Assembly: GCA_964016885.1 (NCBI GenBank)
Contig: OZ024740.1
Location: forward strand, 372,000,001-372,064,000
Source of the DNA: Eledone cirrhosa
Taxonomy: Eukaryota
Length of the DNA: 64,000 bases
Direction of reading: 5' to 3'
The notes beneath the pieces were generated by a model. That model worked only from the letters and a program-made list of their open reading frames with translations. It was not told where the DNA came from and searched no databases. The translations under genes and the position numbers were made by a program. The first letter of the stretch is position 1. The number at the start of each line of letters is the position of its first letter. This document shows positions 13,389 to 25,872 of this stretch, piece by piece.

Positions 13389-13514
13389 TGTTTACTGGAA
13401 TGCCATGCCATAATACACTCTAAACTGAACCTGCTTAACAGGAAATCGGAAATTTTCTCCTCATGCCAACACAAAATCCTGAGTTCCTTCTTCTATTTTA
13501 AACCTAGCACATAG
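13389..13514 (+). pseudogene. PLE endonuclease C-terminal remnant (too short for the ORF track)
   Basis: Translates CLLECHAIIHSKLNLLNRKSEIFSSCQHKILSSFFYFKPST*, aligning with CILETHNIIFSNRNLLNKKSEVFATCQHRLRHSFQNFKPYI* of the intact PLE. Confidence 0.85.
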
Positions 13515-15527
13515 ACGTAACATATATCACGCAACCCCCACCTAGACTATAGTCCCCCCCCCCCCTCCCCCCAACCCGTAACCTTGATAGATAGGTACCG
13601 TAAGGGTGGTGCAGTCCCCTACAAGGTTGGTGCTCTTGCGTGTGTGTGTGTGTGTGTGTGTATTCTCCTTTTATCTCTCACACGCACGCACACGCAGACA
13701 TATGTGTGGGTGTGCGTGCGTGTGTGCATGCATGCACGCATGTGTGCGTGCATTATATGTAAGTATATTGTGTGTATATGTATGTATATATATGTATATG
13801 CATGTGTGTGTGTGTGTATGTGTATATTGTATGCATGCGTATTATATTGTGTGTATGTGTATGTGTATGTGTGACATGTATGTGAATATATGTATGTATG
13901 CGTATGAGTGAGTATGTGTAAGTGTATAATGTGTGTATGTATGTATATATGTATGTATACTCTTCTGTAGAAATTCTCTCTATGTGTGCTGTGTGGCATG
14001 AATTCCCCCTATAATACTCTTCTCTGAGAGGAGCACGATATGCAGAGTAACACATATGTATTGCCGAAGTTGAAACTGAGAACCACCACCCCTCCTGCTG
14101 ACCTGGATGTTTACTGAGGACCAGAACACCATTCTTCGCAATATAAGAGCGAAATGCGCTTGCCGGACTATTGATGACCATAACATCACATTCCAATGTA
14201 GTGGCAAAATACAGTGAATGATATGCACGACCAGAACACCACAGCATGCATATCCAAACAGCACAGATATGATATCAATGGGGGAATCAACTGAAACATT
14301 TTTTGAGTTGAAACAGCACAGATATGATATCAATGGGGGAATCAACTGACATTTTTTGAGTTGAAATACATGTGGATATGTGTCTGTGTGTATCGAACAC
14401 ACGAACACATAAGGAGGCTCTTGACCTAAATATACCTGTCATGCCTGTCTGAATCCCTAAGGGAACTGCCGGCCAGTTACTGTCTTGACCGATTGTAGTA
14501 CCACTGGGTGAATCATTTGAGTTTTTTGGGTTGAAATACATATAGATATGTGTGTGTGTGTGTCGGACACACGTACACACATAAAAAAGCTGTTATGCCT
14601 GCCTGAATTTTCGGTCAGTTGCTGACTTGACTGATTAACCCCACAATTACTACGTAGCGGTTCTTGCACGTGACTACTGGACCCGGATGAAACGAAGACG
14701 AAGAATTTCCTTCCGCACCGTTTTGTACCACAGATGCGATATCACCCTGCTTCGTTGATGTCCTATCGACACCAAAGTTCAACGTTTGGGTATCACACCA
14801 AACCGGAGTACTGTGATCCTTGTGACTTCCAAATATACAACCACTGACACTGTCACGAAGACCAGGAAACCATACTCCATATATTGAACCAATTGATTGA
14901 TTTGTGCGAACAAAATAACACCAAACACATATTGAACTAGGAATATTGGATCCTCGGTCAATGTCCGGGTGAGAAAAAATTGACTTCTATCTGCATTGGA
15001 ATTTACAAACTTGTGCATCTGCTGTGGTGTCAAAAACAAACGCACATGACCGCACAGATAAACAATGGACCATGCCACGTGGCTTGAACCCGTAAGTGAA
15101 TTGAAGGTTCTGCAACTCTGATACACATATTGTTTATTATTTATTATTAAGATGTATAAATCGGACACAACTGTTATCATCCTATATTCTCTCAACGAAT
15201 CACACTTGATCATATTTCTCTATCCTGTTTTCTCCCCCCATAATTATTATATTTTTATTATTTTTTATTATTGTTTGAAAAAAATCGGTTTTTTTACATT
15301 GTGTTTTCCCCTCCAAATATTCGCTTATATTTCCTTATATATTCTCTATATATTTTTTATCTTTATTATTATTATTTCCACTTTTATCCTCCTTTATATT
15401 TTACCTTATTCTTACCTTTATACCTTATTATAGTGTAATCTTCCCCATGCCTTATTATACACTATTAATTATATATATATACATACTACTGTACGTTTGT
15501 ATACATATATATATGTACGTGAACATA

Positions 15528-15627
<100 letters not shown>

Positions 15628-15809
15628 CATATATATACATATATATATATATACATATATACATATATATATATACATATATATACATATATATATATAC
15701 ATATATATATATACATATATATATATACATATATATATATACATATATATATATACATATGTATATATACATATATATATACATATATATATACATATAC
15801 ATATATACA

Positions 15810-15847
<38 letters not shown>

Positions 15848-15864
15848 TATATACATATATATAC

Positions 15865-15912
<48 letters not shown>

Positions 15913-15919
15913 GTACATA

Positions 15920-15969
<50 letters not shown>

Positions 15970-15994
15970 CATATATACATATATATATATATAT

Positions 15995-16546
15995 AATGAA
16001 GGTTTAGCAAATAAGAAAAAGTTTCAAAATAAAATTTAAAAAATTATCTTTACCTACTATAGTTACCTTTACCGAATCGGTTTCGAGTTTCAAAAATAAA
16101 CGACAACTGTTTCAAAGAAAGGCTCTCGTCAGAAGGATCTTTCCACTCGAAGAATATAAAATTCCCGAATTCAAATTACGAACTGGCGCTATTCAAAATT
16201 GTTCCCGAGATGAGAGTAAATGAAGTGGTATCAATTTTTTCAAGGGCCGTGTGTAAAGATAAGAGGCGGAGGCAGGGAGGTCAGTCGGCTACCGCTATAA
16301 CTAGCAGCAGTCAGAACGACCACATTTTTTTCTCAACCAAAAGGAGGTAATAATAATAGGGTATATGTTCCTACACACACAAGGCGCTAAGGGACACATG
16401 TATTGTCCAACCATATGTCAATGTGGTTCAATGGCAGGTTAATAAATTAAAGAGCCAGAACATATATAATGAAGGTTTAGCAAATAAGAAAAAGTTTCAA
16501 AATAAATTTTAAAAAATGAACTTTACCTACTATAGTTACCTTTACC

Positions 16547-16550
<4 letters not shown>
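15995..16550 (-). mobile_element. ORF-less 473-nt unit with ~83-bp terminal direct repeat and hammerhead (retrozyme/pLTR-like)
   Basis: 15995-16077 is repeated at 16468-16550 (offset 473). Embedded in (TA)n. Confidence 0.8.
16066..16136 (-). ncRNA. Type I hammerhead ribozyme, canonical core
   Basis: cctt-CTGACGA-gag...ctc-GAAA-ccga(t)tcgg-TA-aagg. GUA triplet. Confidence 0.88.
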
Positions 16551-17130
<580 letters not shown>

Positions 17131-17158
17131 ATTATATATATATATATATACATATATA

Positions 17159-17232
<74 letters not shown>

Positions 17233-17308
17233 TATATTTAGAGTTATAAACTCAAACAGTCCTTTACAATTAATTAGCTCAAAGAAAGAAGCATTTCTGA
17301 GCCGTGAA

Positions 17309-17763
17309 ATACAAGTTAATATAAATTAATATATGATAAACACAAAAGTGTTTGTATTGTAAAAGACGAAGTTAGCTGGAATGAAATAAACTAATTCAAA
17401 TAAATATAGTTTGCCTGTCTCGATTTAAAATAATAAATCAATAAAAACAAACCCATATTGGCAAATAGCCGTGGTACCTGGACAAATTTAAATTTCAAAA
17501 TCCAAAGCTGTTCCGCAGATAAATCCGAATTTCAAAATCCAAATAAGTTTCGCAACGATAGTATAAAAAGTGGATTTTGAAATTTAAATTTGTCCAGGTA
17601 CCACGGCTATTTGCCAATATGGGTTTGTTTTTATTGATTTATTATTTTAAATCGAGACAGGCAAACTATATTTATTTGAATTAGCTTATTTCATTCTAGC
17701 TAACTTCGTCTTTTACAATACAAACACTTTTGTGTTTATCATATATTAATTTATATTAACTTG

Positions 17764-17766
<3 letters not shown>
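17309..17766. repeat. ~196-bp inverted repeat of a member of the 1107/1895 family
   Basis: 17309-17504 vs 17571-17766 are nearly perfect. 17235-17310 matches 1315-1390 and 2320-2390. Confidence 0.9.
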
Positions 17767-17843
<77 letters not shown>

Positions 17844-17866
17844 TACATATATATATATATATAAAC

Positions 17867-17901
<35 letters not shown>

Positions 17902-17950
17902 AACATATATATATACATATATAAATATACACACACATATATATATATAC

Positions 17951-18042
<92 letters not shown>

Positions 18043-18076
18043 GCATATGTATATATATATATATATATATATACGC

Positions 18077-18155
<79 letters not shown>

Positions 18156-19060
18156 CATATGGGATAACAAGTTATCGTTATAGGTATTCCAGTTAGAGGT
18201 TGTGAGTACCCTGCGTCGTGGATAGTTTTAACGTACGGCTTTGTTTGACTCAACAAGATGTTTCCATAGTTAGGCAGCGAGTTCGCAGTAATTCCTATGT
18301 AGGTTATACTTGGAGTAATAATAGTGAAAGAATAAAGAGTAACATGGTTGGCTGTACAATAAGGGGCTTTACTTCAAGTACTGACAATTGTTTCATTGAT
18401 CATGTGGGTCTAGAGGTCGCTAATCGCTTGAAGTTGCGTCACTCGATCTCCAATACATTATTTACCTCTGATCAACACATCAGAGTACGTAGATATAAAA
18501 ATAATTCACTCGAAGCAAGACGTATATAGAAGAATAGCGTATAATCAAAACAATAACACCAATAATAAAACATATATGGTAAATAGGTAAAGTTATAGAT
18601 GTAAAAATAAAAAGTAAAAAATAAGATAGGATACATTAAAAAAGTAACAAAATAAGAAAATGGAAAATATAAAGAAATAAATAAGGATAAGTGAGAGCAT
18701 GTAAGTACAGAGTATGTTTGTGGTGGTGGTGAGTAAGTGTTCTTATAAGGATTCTTTGGTGGGTTTAGTGCTAACATGAAAAAACCAAATTCGAAATATA
18801 CATAGATACGTGTAGAGAGTCTGGTGTAGTGACAGATAAAAGAAAAAAGAAAAAGCAATAAATTAGAGATTAATTGGGGGATGCAAGTATGAGATTTAAG
18901 GGCTAGGGGTGGATTGTGAAGGGAGGTTTGACAAACGTGTGTTGTAAATGTTTTGCTGATTGTTATATCATAATGGGGTTGATCAATGAAACAATTGTCA
19001 GTACTTGAAGTAAAGCCCCTTATTGTACAGCCAACAATGTTACTCTTCATTCTTTCACTA
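18156..19060 (-). mobile_element. ORF-less pLTR-like element with partial inverted terminal copy (family E)
   Basis: 18322-18402 is inverted at 18980-19060. Homologous to 61187-62103. Flanked by (TA)n. Confidence 0.75.
18378..18488 (-). ncRNA. Hammerhead with ~65-nt insert in stem II (core CUGAUGU)
   Basis: gtact-CTGATGT-gttgatca...tgatcaat-GAAA-caattg-TC-agtac. Confidence 0.75.
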
Positions 19061-19074
19061 TATATATATATATA

Positions 19075-19802
19075 TGTGTATGTGTGTGTATGTAAAAGGT
19101 AAACAGAAATAACAACACAATCGGTACGTATGGATATATAAGCTGTGTATATGTGTACATTGTGTTTTGGTTGACGTATGTTTGGTGAACATATGTGTAT
19201 TTACCTGTAGGTATGTCTGTACGTGGGCTATATACGTATTTATGTGTGTATATTTATATACGTTTATATAATTATATGTATGCACACACACATATATGTA
19301 TATATATTTTTATGAGTATTTGGTGTATACGTTCGTATGTGTGCGGGTACATGTGTTGCGCGGGTTTATGCATGTGTGTGCGTGTTTATGTGTAGGCGTG
19401 TTTATGCATGCAAGGTTGGTGTTTTCGCGTATTCATGTGTATCTACGTATATAGATGCGTTTATGTATATATTTAATTATTATTCATTTTAATAACCTCT
19501 GTCATTTTACTTCTACTAATTTATTTACATTATTCTTAACTCTGAAGCCGAGAATCCTTCGGTTTCCTAAGTAGAATATTAGTCTACGACTTCATTTATA
19601 CCATAAACGTGGTTTTGTCTTTGCGTGTATTTGTTCTCATTGATCCAGACAATGACGTACCAAAGTAACGACTTCTTGTTTTCCTTCGGTTGCAACGTTT
19701 TTCGAAATATTTACTTCTGCGTTCACAGATTGTTTTTTCTAGTTTCAGAAGATCCCGTTAAGAGTGAAAGAGGCGATTCTTTGCTTAAACTTTCATATGT
19801 TA

Positions 19803-19808
<6 letters not shown>
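19075..19808 (+). mobile_element. Diverged 3'/pLTR fragment related to PLE family B
   Basis: Similar to 34890-35460 and 60780-60915 (aactctgaagc.gagaatc.ttcggtttcct; agtttcagaagatcccgttaag). Confidence 0.75.
19741..19791 (+). ncRNA. Hammerhead-like motif, CAGAAGA core (family B, diverged)
   Basis: agttt-CAGAAGA-tcccgttaagagt-GAAA-gaggcgattctttgc-TT-aaact. Confidence 0.55.
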
Positions 19809-19877
<69 letters not shown>

Positions 19878-19907
19878 ATACTTGGGGAGGGTCATAATAA
19901 TAATAAT

Positions 19908-19977
19908 TGTTTCTACGTTAGGCACAAGGCCAGCAATTACCCAGTGCATTACTGGTACTTTATTTTATCGACCCCGT
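19908..19977 (-). mobile_element. SINE 3' fragment
   Basis: ggcacaaggccagcaattacccagtgcattactggtactttattttatcgacccc; same family as 8941 and 47975. Confidence 0.75.
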
Positions 19978-20579
19978 ATAATAATAATAATAATAATGGA
20001 CAGACAGGCAAATAATTTCACCACCAACACCACTACCGCCACCATTACCACTACCACGCCAAAAACTCTCGTCAAGCTACCTCAACTTCTATTTCTACTT
20101 CAACTTCAACACCATCACTACAGTACTACGATCACATCACCACCACCACCACTGCCTCATTATCGCTACCGCCGCTATTCTCTCCCACTACCTCCTGCTA
20201 GGTACTACTAGCACAGCAGCACCACCACCATCACCACTGCCTCATTACCACTACCGCCGCTATTCTCTCCCACTACCTCCTGCTAAGACATGCATCGTAG
20301 TATCTCCACTAAAAGAGGAAGGCATCAAAAGATATAAATAGACAGATTTGATGACCCGGTCAAAAAATCGAAAAACAAAAAATCAAAATCAAAATCAAAA
20401 TAGCACAGCAACAACGAAAAACGTAAAGAAAAGAAAAATGAAAAGAAAAACAAACAGACAGACAGAGAAGGAAACAAAAAAAAAAAACTATGTCAGACAT
20501 TCAAACATTACATTACAATGAAACTTATGCTTATTCTTTTTTTTTTTTTTTACCTATTTGTTTGTTTGTTTATTTATGT

Positions 20580-22770
20580 TCGTCTACAGCGTGATAGTGC
20601 CACACTAAAATCACCGGGGGTGATGAAATCACCGGTGGTTATGTAACCATACATTCACCAATCCTCGATAAGAGTGTTTAAATGTCGAACCTAAACAGTT
20701 CGAATAACGGTGAAGTGGAGACTGGAATGTCATGTGACAGACTCTCAACCAGCAGGTGCTCCCTGGCTCAGCAGCAGAGACCTGGCTGTCAACCAAATAC
20801 TGCTGGTGTCGGAGGAAGAAGAAGGAAAGGGATCAGAACCAACTGGACGAAAGAATTGAATAGAACTGTTATGCAATGTTACCTGAAGAGTAACCCCAAG
20901 GAGAAAGGCTATAGGAAACGGATGTATAACATCTGGAACGAGATTGGTCTATTTAAATTAGATGAACAAAAATTGGCCGGGCAGGCTCGGGTAATAAGAA
21001 TTAATGGGTGGATAAGCGAGCTGTAACTGGAGGAACCGAACAGAGATATTAGGTTGGAAATGGAGGGTGGTGTATACAGGCAAACGAGCCAGTGGGAAAT
21101 GAAGGTGAAGAGGTTGAGAGAACGGTGGAACCATCCGAAGCAGACAATGATCTGAATGCTGAAATAAATAATACCTGGAACAGAGATACGGCCATTGATG
21201 AGATGAATGCTGACGGGCTAGGACAAGATTTGGTTGATATCCTAAACTTAGTGGGAGATGAATTGAACAATGATAGTGGGATACCTATGAACCTAAGATT
21301 TGTAGACAGGAAAAAGTTAAAAGAAACAACAGCTAAGGTAAACAAAGTCATCCCATACCTTGAGCCGAGGAGCCTTCACCAGTGCAACAATATCCTCAAA
21401 CAATATCCTGAAAGCAACAGCAAATGCGGTGAGGAAATTACTTGGCATAAAAGCGAGAGGAAACAACGAACAGGAAAGATCAGAACCTTGGAAGAAACGA
21501 CTGAATGGTCAAATGAGGGAAATGTAAAATGACATTGGAAAGCTTGAGTCCCTACTGAATGGGACACTAAAAAACATAGACACTAAAAATAGACTGGAAA
21601 TAAAGTACAAAACTAGGAGGAAAAGGCTAAATATTATCATAGAGCAACTGAAGCAACGCATTGTAGCAAAGAGTGCAAAAACTAGGCGATACGAGAGCAG
21701 AGTCAGTCAGTATAGACAGAACCGCTGTTTGGACCGCTTGAAGGGAAAGAAAGAGGCAACGACTTGATCCCTGAGGCGGAACAAACTAAGACATTCTGGA
21801 GAGGAATATGGGAGCAGGATGTTAAACTCAATGACCATGCAGTGTGGATTGAGACAGTACAAAAGGAGATTAGTGAACAGGCACACCAACAAACTGATTT
21901 GAGTATCACAGTTGAAACTCTTAAGGGGCAGGCCAAAAAACTAACCAACTGGAAATCATAAGGCCCAAAAGGTGTGCAGGGGTAATGGATTAAAAATATA
22001 ACATCCCTCCACCCGAAACTGACAACTATGTTCAATGACTGCTTGATGTCAGGTGAGGTACCAGAGTGGTTGACAAAAGGTACCACAGTTCTGGTAATGA
22101 AAGACCGAATCAAGGGTAATGATGTTACCAACTATAGACCTATCACATGTCTGTCCGTAATGTGGAAACTGTTGACAAGCATTATGTCTGAGGAAATCTA
22201 CCATCACCTCCACACAAACAACTTGTTACCGAATGAACAGAAAGGATGCCGAAGGAAGTCCCGTGGTACAAAGGACCAGTTACTTATTGATAAGATGGTA
22301 ATGAGGAATTGCAAGAGGAGACACACTGGTCTTGCCATGGGATGGATAGACTACAAAAAGGCATTTAACATGGTGTCTCATTCTTGGATCACCAAAAGCC
22401 TAGAGATCTTCAAAGTGGCAGATAACATCAGACAGTTGTTGAGCAAAAGTATGAAGTCCTGAAAAACAGAGTTAACATCAGCTGGAGAATCCTTGGGAGG
22501 CGTGAAGATCAAGTGAGGCATCTTCCAGGGAGATAGTCTGTCCCCTCTGTTGTTTGTCCTTGCTCTGATGCCCCTGACCATTATACTGTGAAAAGTGAGA
22601 GCAGGATACAAGTTGGGAAAGGGAGAGTTGACCATAAATCACCTCCTCTTCATGGACGATCATAAGTTCTTCGGGAAGAGTGAGAAGGAGTTGGATGTGC
22701 TTGTTGACACTGTCCGTATTTTCAGCAATGATATATGTATGCAATTTGGTATTATTAAGTGTGGAGTCGC
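20580..22770 (+). pseudogene. Decayed R4/Dong-type non-LTR retrotransposon (N-terminus and RT, 3'-truncated)
   Basis: N-terminal WTKELNRTVMQCYLKSNP..GYRKRMYNIW..EQKLAGQARVI..GWISEL. RT motifs NYRPITCL, EQKGCRRKSRGTKDQLLID, WIDYKKAF, GIFQGDSLSPLLF, HLLFMDD. Multiple stops and frameshifts. 5' boundary approximate. Confidence 0.85.
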
Positions 22771-23032
22771 ATTTTCCGTGGCAAAGATTTGCACCGAAGA
22801 TATGTGTCGTCAGTTCCAAAAAGTGTGGTTGGTTTTACAAAAGCCTTCACCACTTAAAACAAAACTTTATGTGGGTAGTTAAACAACAGTACACTTTCTC
22901 ACATTTCCGCCAGTCTTTTGTAGACGGAGTACGTTGGCGATGAAGATTGAAATGTTACATGAGACACCGCCATCTAGAGAGCTGAACTTTTGTTGGACAC
23001 TCATACGTCGGATATCGAGGGGAGAGTCCATC

Positions 23033-23124
<92 letters not shown>

Positions 23125-23134
23125 TATGTATATA

Positions 23135-24438
23135 CAGAGTGGGGCATAATTCCTGTTACAAAGTTTTAAATCAATTTAAAAATACATTATGTTGCTAATA
23201 TAACTAATATATTTGTATCAAATCCATGCACTATAACCATATTAACTATTTTTCAGAACATTACTCCATTAACAATTTGCAATGTCCATAGAATTGAAAA
23301 GAAAATTCATAATAGAGAAGCATGAAAAAGGCCTGACTCCACCCAAGATATTTAAATTGGGGAAAATTCTTAAGATCAATAGAATGTTGATCAAAAGGAC
23401 AATCGATCGATTTAAGGAAACTTCCTCGATCAAAGACAGACCTCGATCCAGACGCCCTCGCACCTCAAGAACACCAAAACTCGTTAAAAGTGTGAGGGAA
23501 AAAATAAGGCGTAATCCAAGAAGGTCCATGAGAAAAATGGCAGAAGAAGCAGAAACATCGCCGAGAACTATGCGGAGGATATGTCGAAATGATCTGGGGA
23601 TGTCACCCTATAAGTTCCAAAAGAGGGAGCTTCTTTCTGCAGCCACAATTGAAAAGAGGCTCTCCAGAAGTAAACTGTTATTGAACTGTATCAAGGATGG
23701 CACGCTGCAAAACATCATCTTTACAGATGAGAAGTTATTCACTGTGCAGCAGTTTCACAATCATCAAATTGATCGAGTACTTGCAAAAAGTCTCAAATCA
23801 ATTCCTTCAAGTGTAGGAAAAGTGTTCAGAACACAGAAACCAGCATCAGTGATGATTTGGGCAGCCATTTCTGAAAGAAGTAAGTCTCCTCTGATTTCTG
23901 TGCCTCAAGGAGTTAAAATTAACAAAGAACTTTACATAAAGTATATTTTGGAAGGAGCACTGATGCCATGGTCCATATCTGTTTATGGCGATGACATTTG
24001 GACTCTCCAACAAGATGGAGCGACGAGCTACACTGCTTGCATAACACAACAGTGGTGTAGAGACCATTGTCCTGCTTGGTTCAGTAAGGAAGAGTGGCCT
24101 CCCACATCACCAGATCTCAACCCTCTCGATTTTTCTTTATGGTCAATTCTTGAGAGTGAAACCTGCTCTACTCCTAGCCAAAATATTGAAACTCTAAAAT
24201 CAAAACTGAATAAAGTATGGGAGAAAATACCCATGGAAACTGTTCGTGCAGTCATCAAAGACTTTCCTAGAAGACTTCCAGCGGTGGTGAGAGTTAGAGG
24301 AAAGCATTTCGAATAAATTTTTGTGCAGTTGTTTAATAGTATATTACTTACTATTTGTTGAAGTCAGATCTTGAAATAAATGTTTTTTTCAAGAACTATT
24401 TTTATTTTATTTTGTAACAGTTTTTACGCCCCACCCTG
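23135..24438 (+). mobile_element. Full-length Tc1/mariner-superfamily DNA transposon, DD37D (maT-type), 1304 bp
   Basis: Imperfect ~28-bp TIRs CAGAGTGGGGCATAATTCCTGTTACAAA / CAGGGTGGGGCGTAAAAACTGTTACAAA (rc). TA on both sides. Confidence 0.93.
23282..24316 (+). CDS. DD37D transposase, 344 aa, uninterrupted
   Basis: N-terminal HTH region (DRPRSRRPRT, IRRNPRRSMRKMA). Catalytic IFTDEK, QQDGA, SPDLNPLDF with 37 residues between the second and third Asp. Confidence 0.93.
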   Translation: MSIELKRKFIIEKHEKGLTPPKIFKLGKILKINRMLIKRTIDRFKETSSIKDRPRSRRPRTSRTPKLVKSVREKIRRNPRRSMRKMAEEAETSPRTMRRICRNDLGMSPYKFQKRELLSAATIEKRLSRSKLLLNCIKDGTLQNIIFTDEKLFTVQQFHNHQIDRVLAKSLKSIPSSVGKVFRTQKPASVMIWAAISERSKSPLISVPQGVKINKELYIKYILEGALMPWSISVYGDDIWTLQQDGATSYTACITQQWCRDHCPAWFSKEEWPPTSPDLNPLDFSLWSILESETCSTPSQNIETLKSKLNKVWEKIPMETVRAVIKDFPRRLPAVVRVRGKHFE

Positions 24439-24972
24439 TATATATATAACCTAACATAAATTATATATATGTTAATGAGGTTAAACAGCTCATAAACATA
24501 ATTGACATTCTATAAGAATCCAGCTTCCACAGCTCACAGCAAATACAGAGACGATATATAGACTTGATAACCGCTAAACAGTGAGAAACGATCGAACTTC
24601 GGTTATTTCCCTTTGTTTTTGTTGAAGCTAAGTATAAGACTATAGTCGCTATCTTAAATTCATGGCGAAAGACCTTCAAAATGTTTTCAAATAAACATGC
24701 AGTATATTATTAAATATACAATACGCAGATTCATATATACATCGCTAATTCAGAGCACCAACACACATTTATACATATATATATACATATATATAGATAT
24801 CATTTATGTTGGGATGTTTACCAATGCGTAGAACTGATGGTTCGGGCTGGTAAACGATGATGCAAAGAATTGATTAAAACACTCAACGCTACGCGAATCA
24901 CCCATCGTAGTTGTGATATCAACTTGCTGGTGCAGGAACGAAGTAAAATAATTATTAAAACAATACCAGAAT

Positions 24973-25380
24973 GTCGGACTGGAAAATTTACTTTAGAATT
25001 TTAATTTCGCGAAAACACTATACATACTTCGATGGCTCAGCGTTATCATCCGATTATGATACAAGACCAAGCAATTTTATCACTTGTTATTTGCAGAATT
25101 ATGTAACAGGATTGCGTTGAACCCAAGATTCGGGGACTGTCTGCTATCTTTATAACACCATATTAGCAAGCAGTTCCTGAAACGAATTTCCTATTTTCCA
25201 TTTTTTTCTATTTCCTATCTTCTTTTATCTGTTTGAGTTCAGCATAATCCTGTTACATAATTCTGCAAATAACACATAATGAAATCGCCTATCCTTACAT
25301 CATAACCGGATGACAGTGCTGGACCATCTATAATGTTATCGCGGAATTAAAATTCTAAAGTAAATAATTTTCCAGTTTGG
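24973..25380. repeat. Old, diverged ~150-bp inverted repeat
   Basis: actggaaaat..ttactttagaattttaatt..gttatttgcagaattatgtaacaggatt (24978-25125) is inverted at 25235-25378 with many mismatches. Confidence 0.75.
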
Positions 25381-25416
25381 CCTTCTGTTATTGTTATAAC
25401 ATTTATATATATATAG

Positions 25417-25624
<208 letters not shown>

Positions 25625-25825
25625 TTAGTTATACTATTTATGGTTATGTAAACACAAAACCTTAAGCAGTTGTAAGTATTTTACACACACCCTAAATAGT
25701 GGTAGGCAGTAATGTATTACTACCTTATTACCAGTAAGTTAAGTAGCTCAATGTAAAAACATCAGCTGATTTACAGAGCAGTTATATGAAATATAAGAAT
25801 CAAAGAACTATTCAAAACATTATTG

Positions 25826-25872
25826 TGCTTACAGCTGTTTCCTCCAAACCGAGGTTTGGATTCTTCGGAGCA
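25826..25872 (-). ncRNA. Minimal hammerhead, CCGAAGA core (3' pLTR of family A)
   Basis: tgct-CCGAAGA-atccaaacc(tc)ggtttggag-GAAA-cagctg-TA-agca. Confidence 0.8.

Larger units (their letters stand above)
12740..15472 (+). mobile_element. Severely 5'-truncated PLE with inverted pLTR at its 5' side and ~1.9-kb 3' region
   Basis: 13259-13388 is the inverted copy of 15340-15472. GIY-YIG C-terminus at 13389-13514. HHR in the inverted arm. (TA)n on both sides. Confidence 0.8.
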
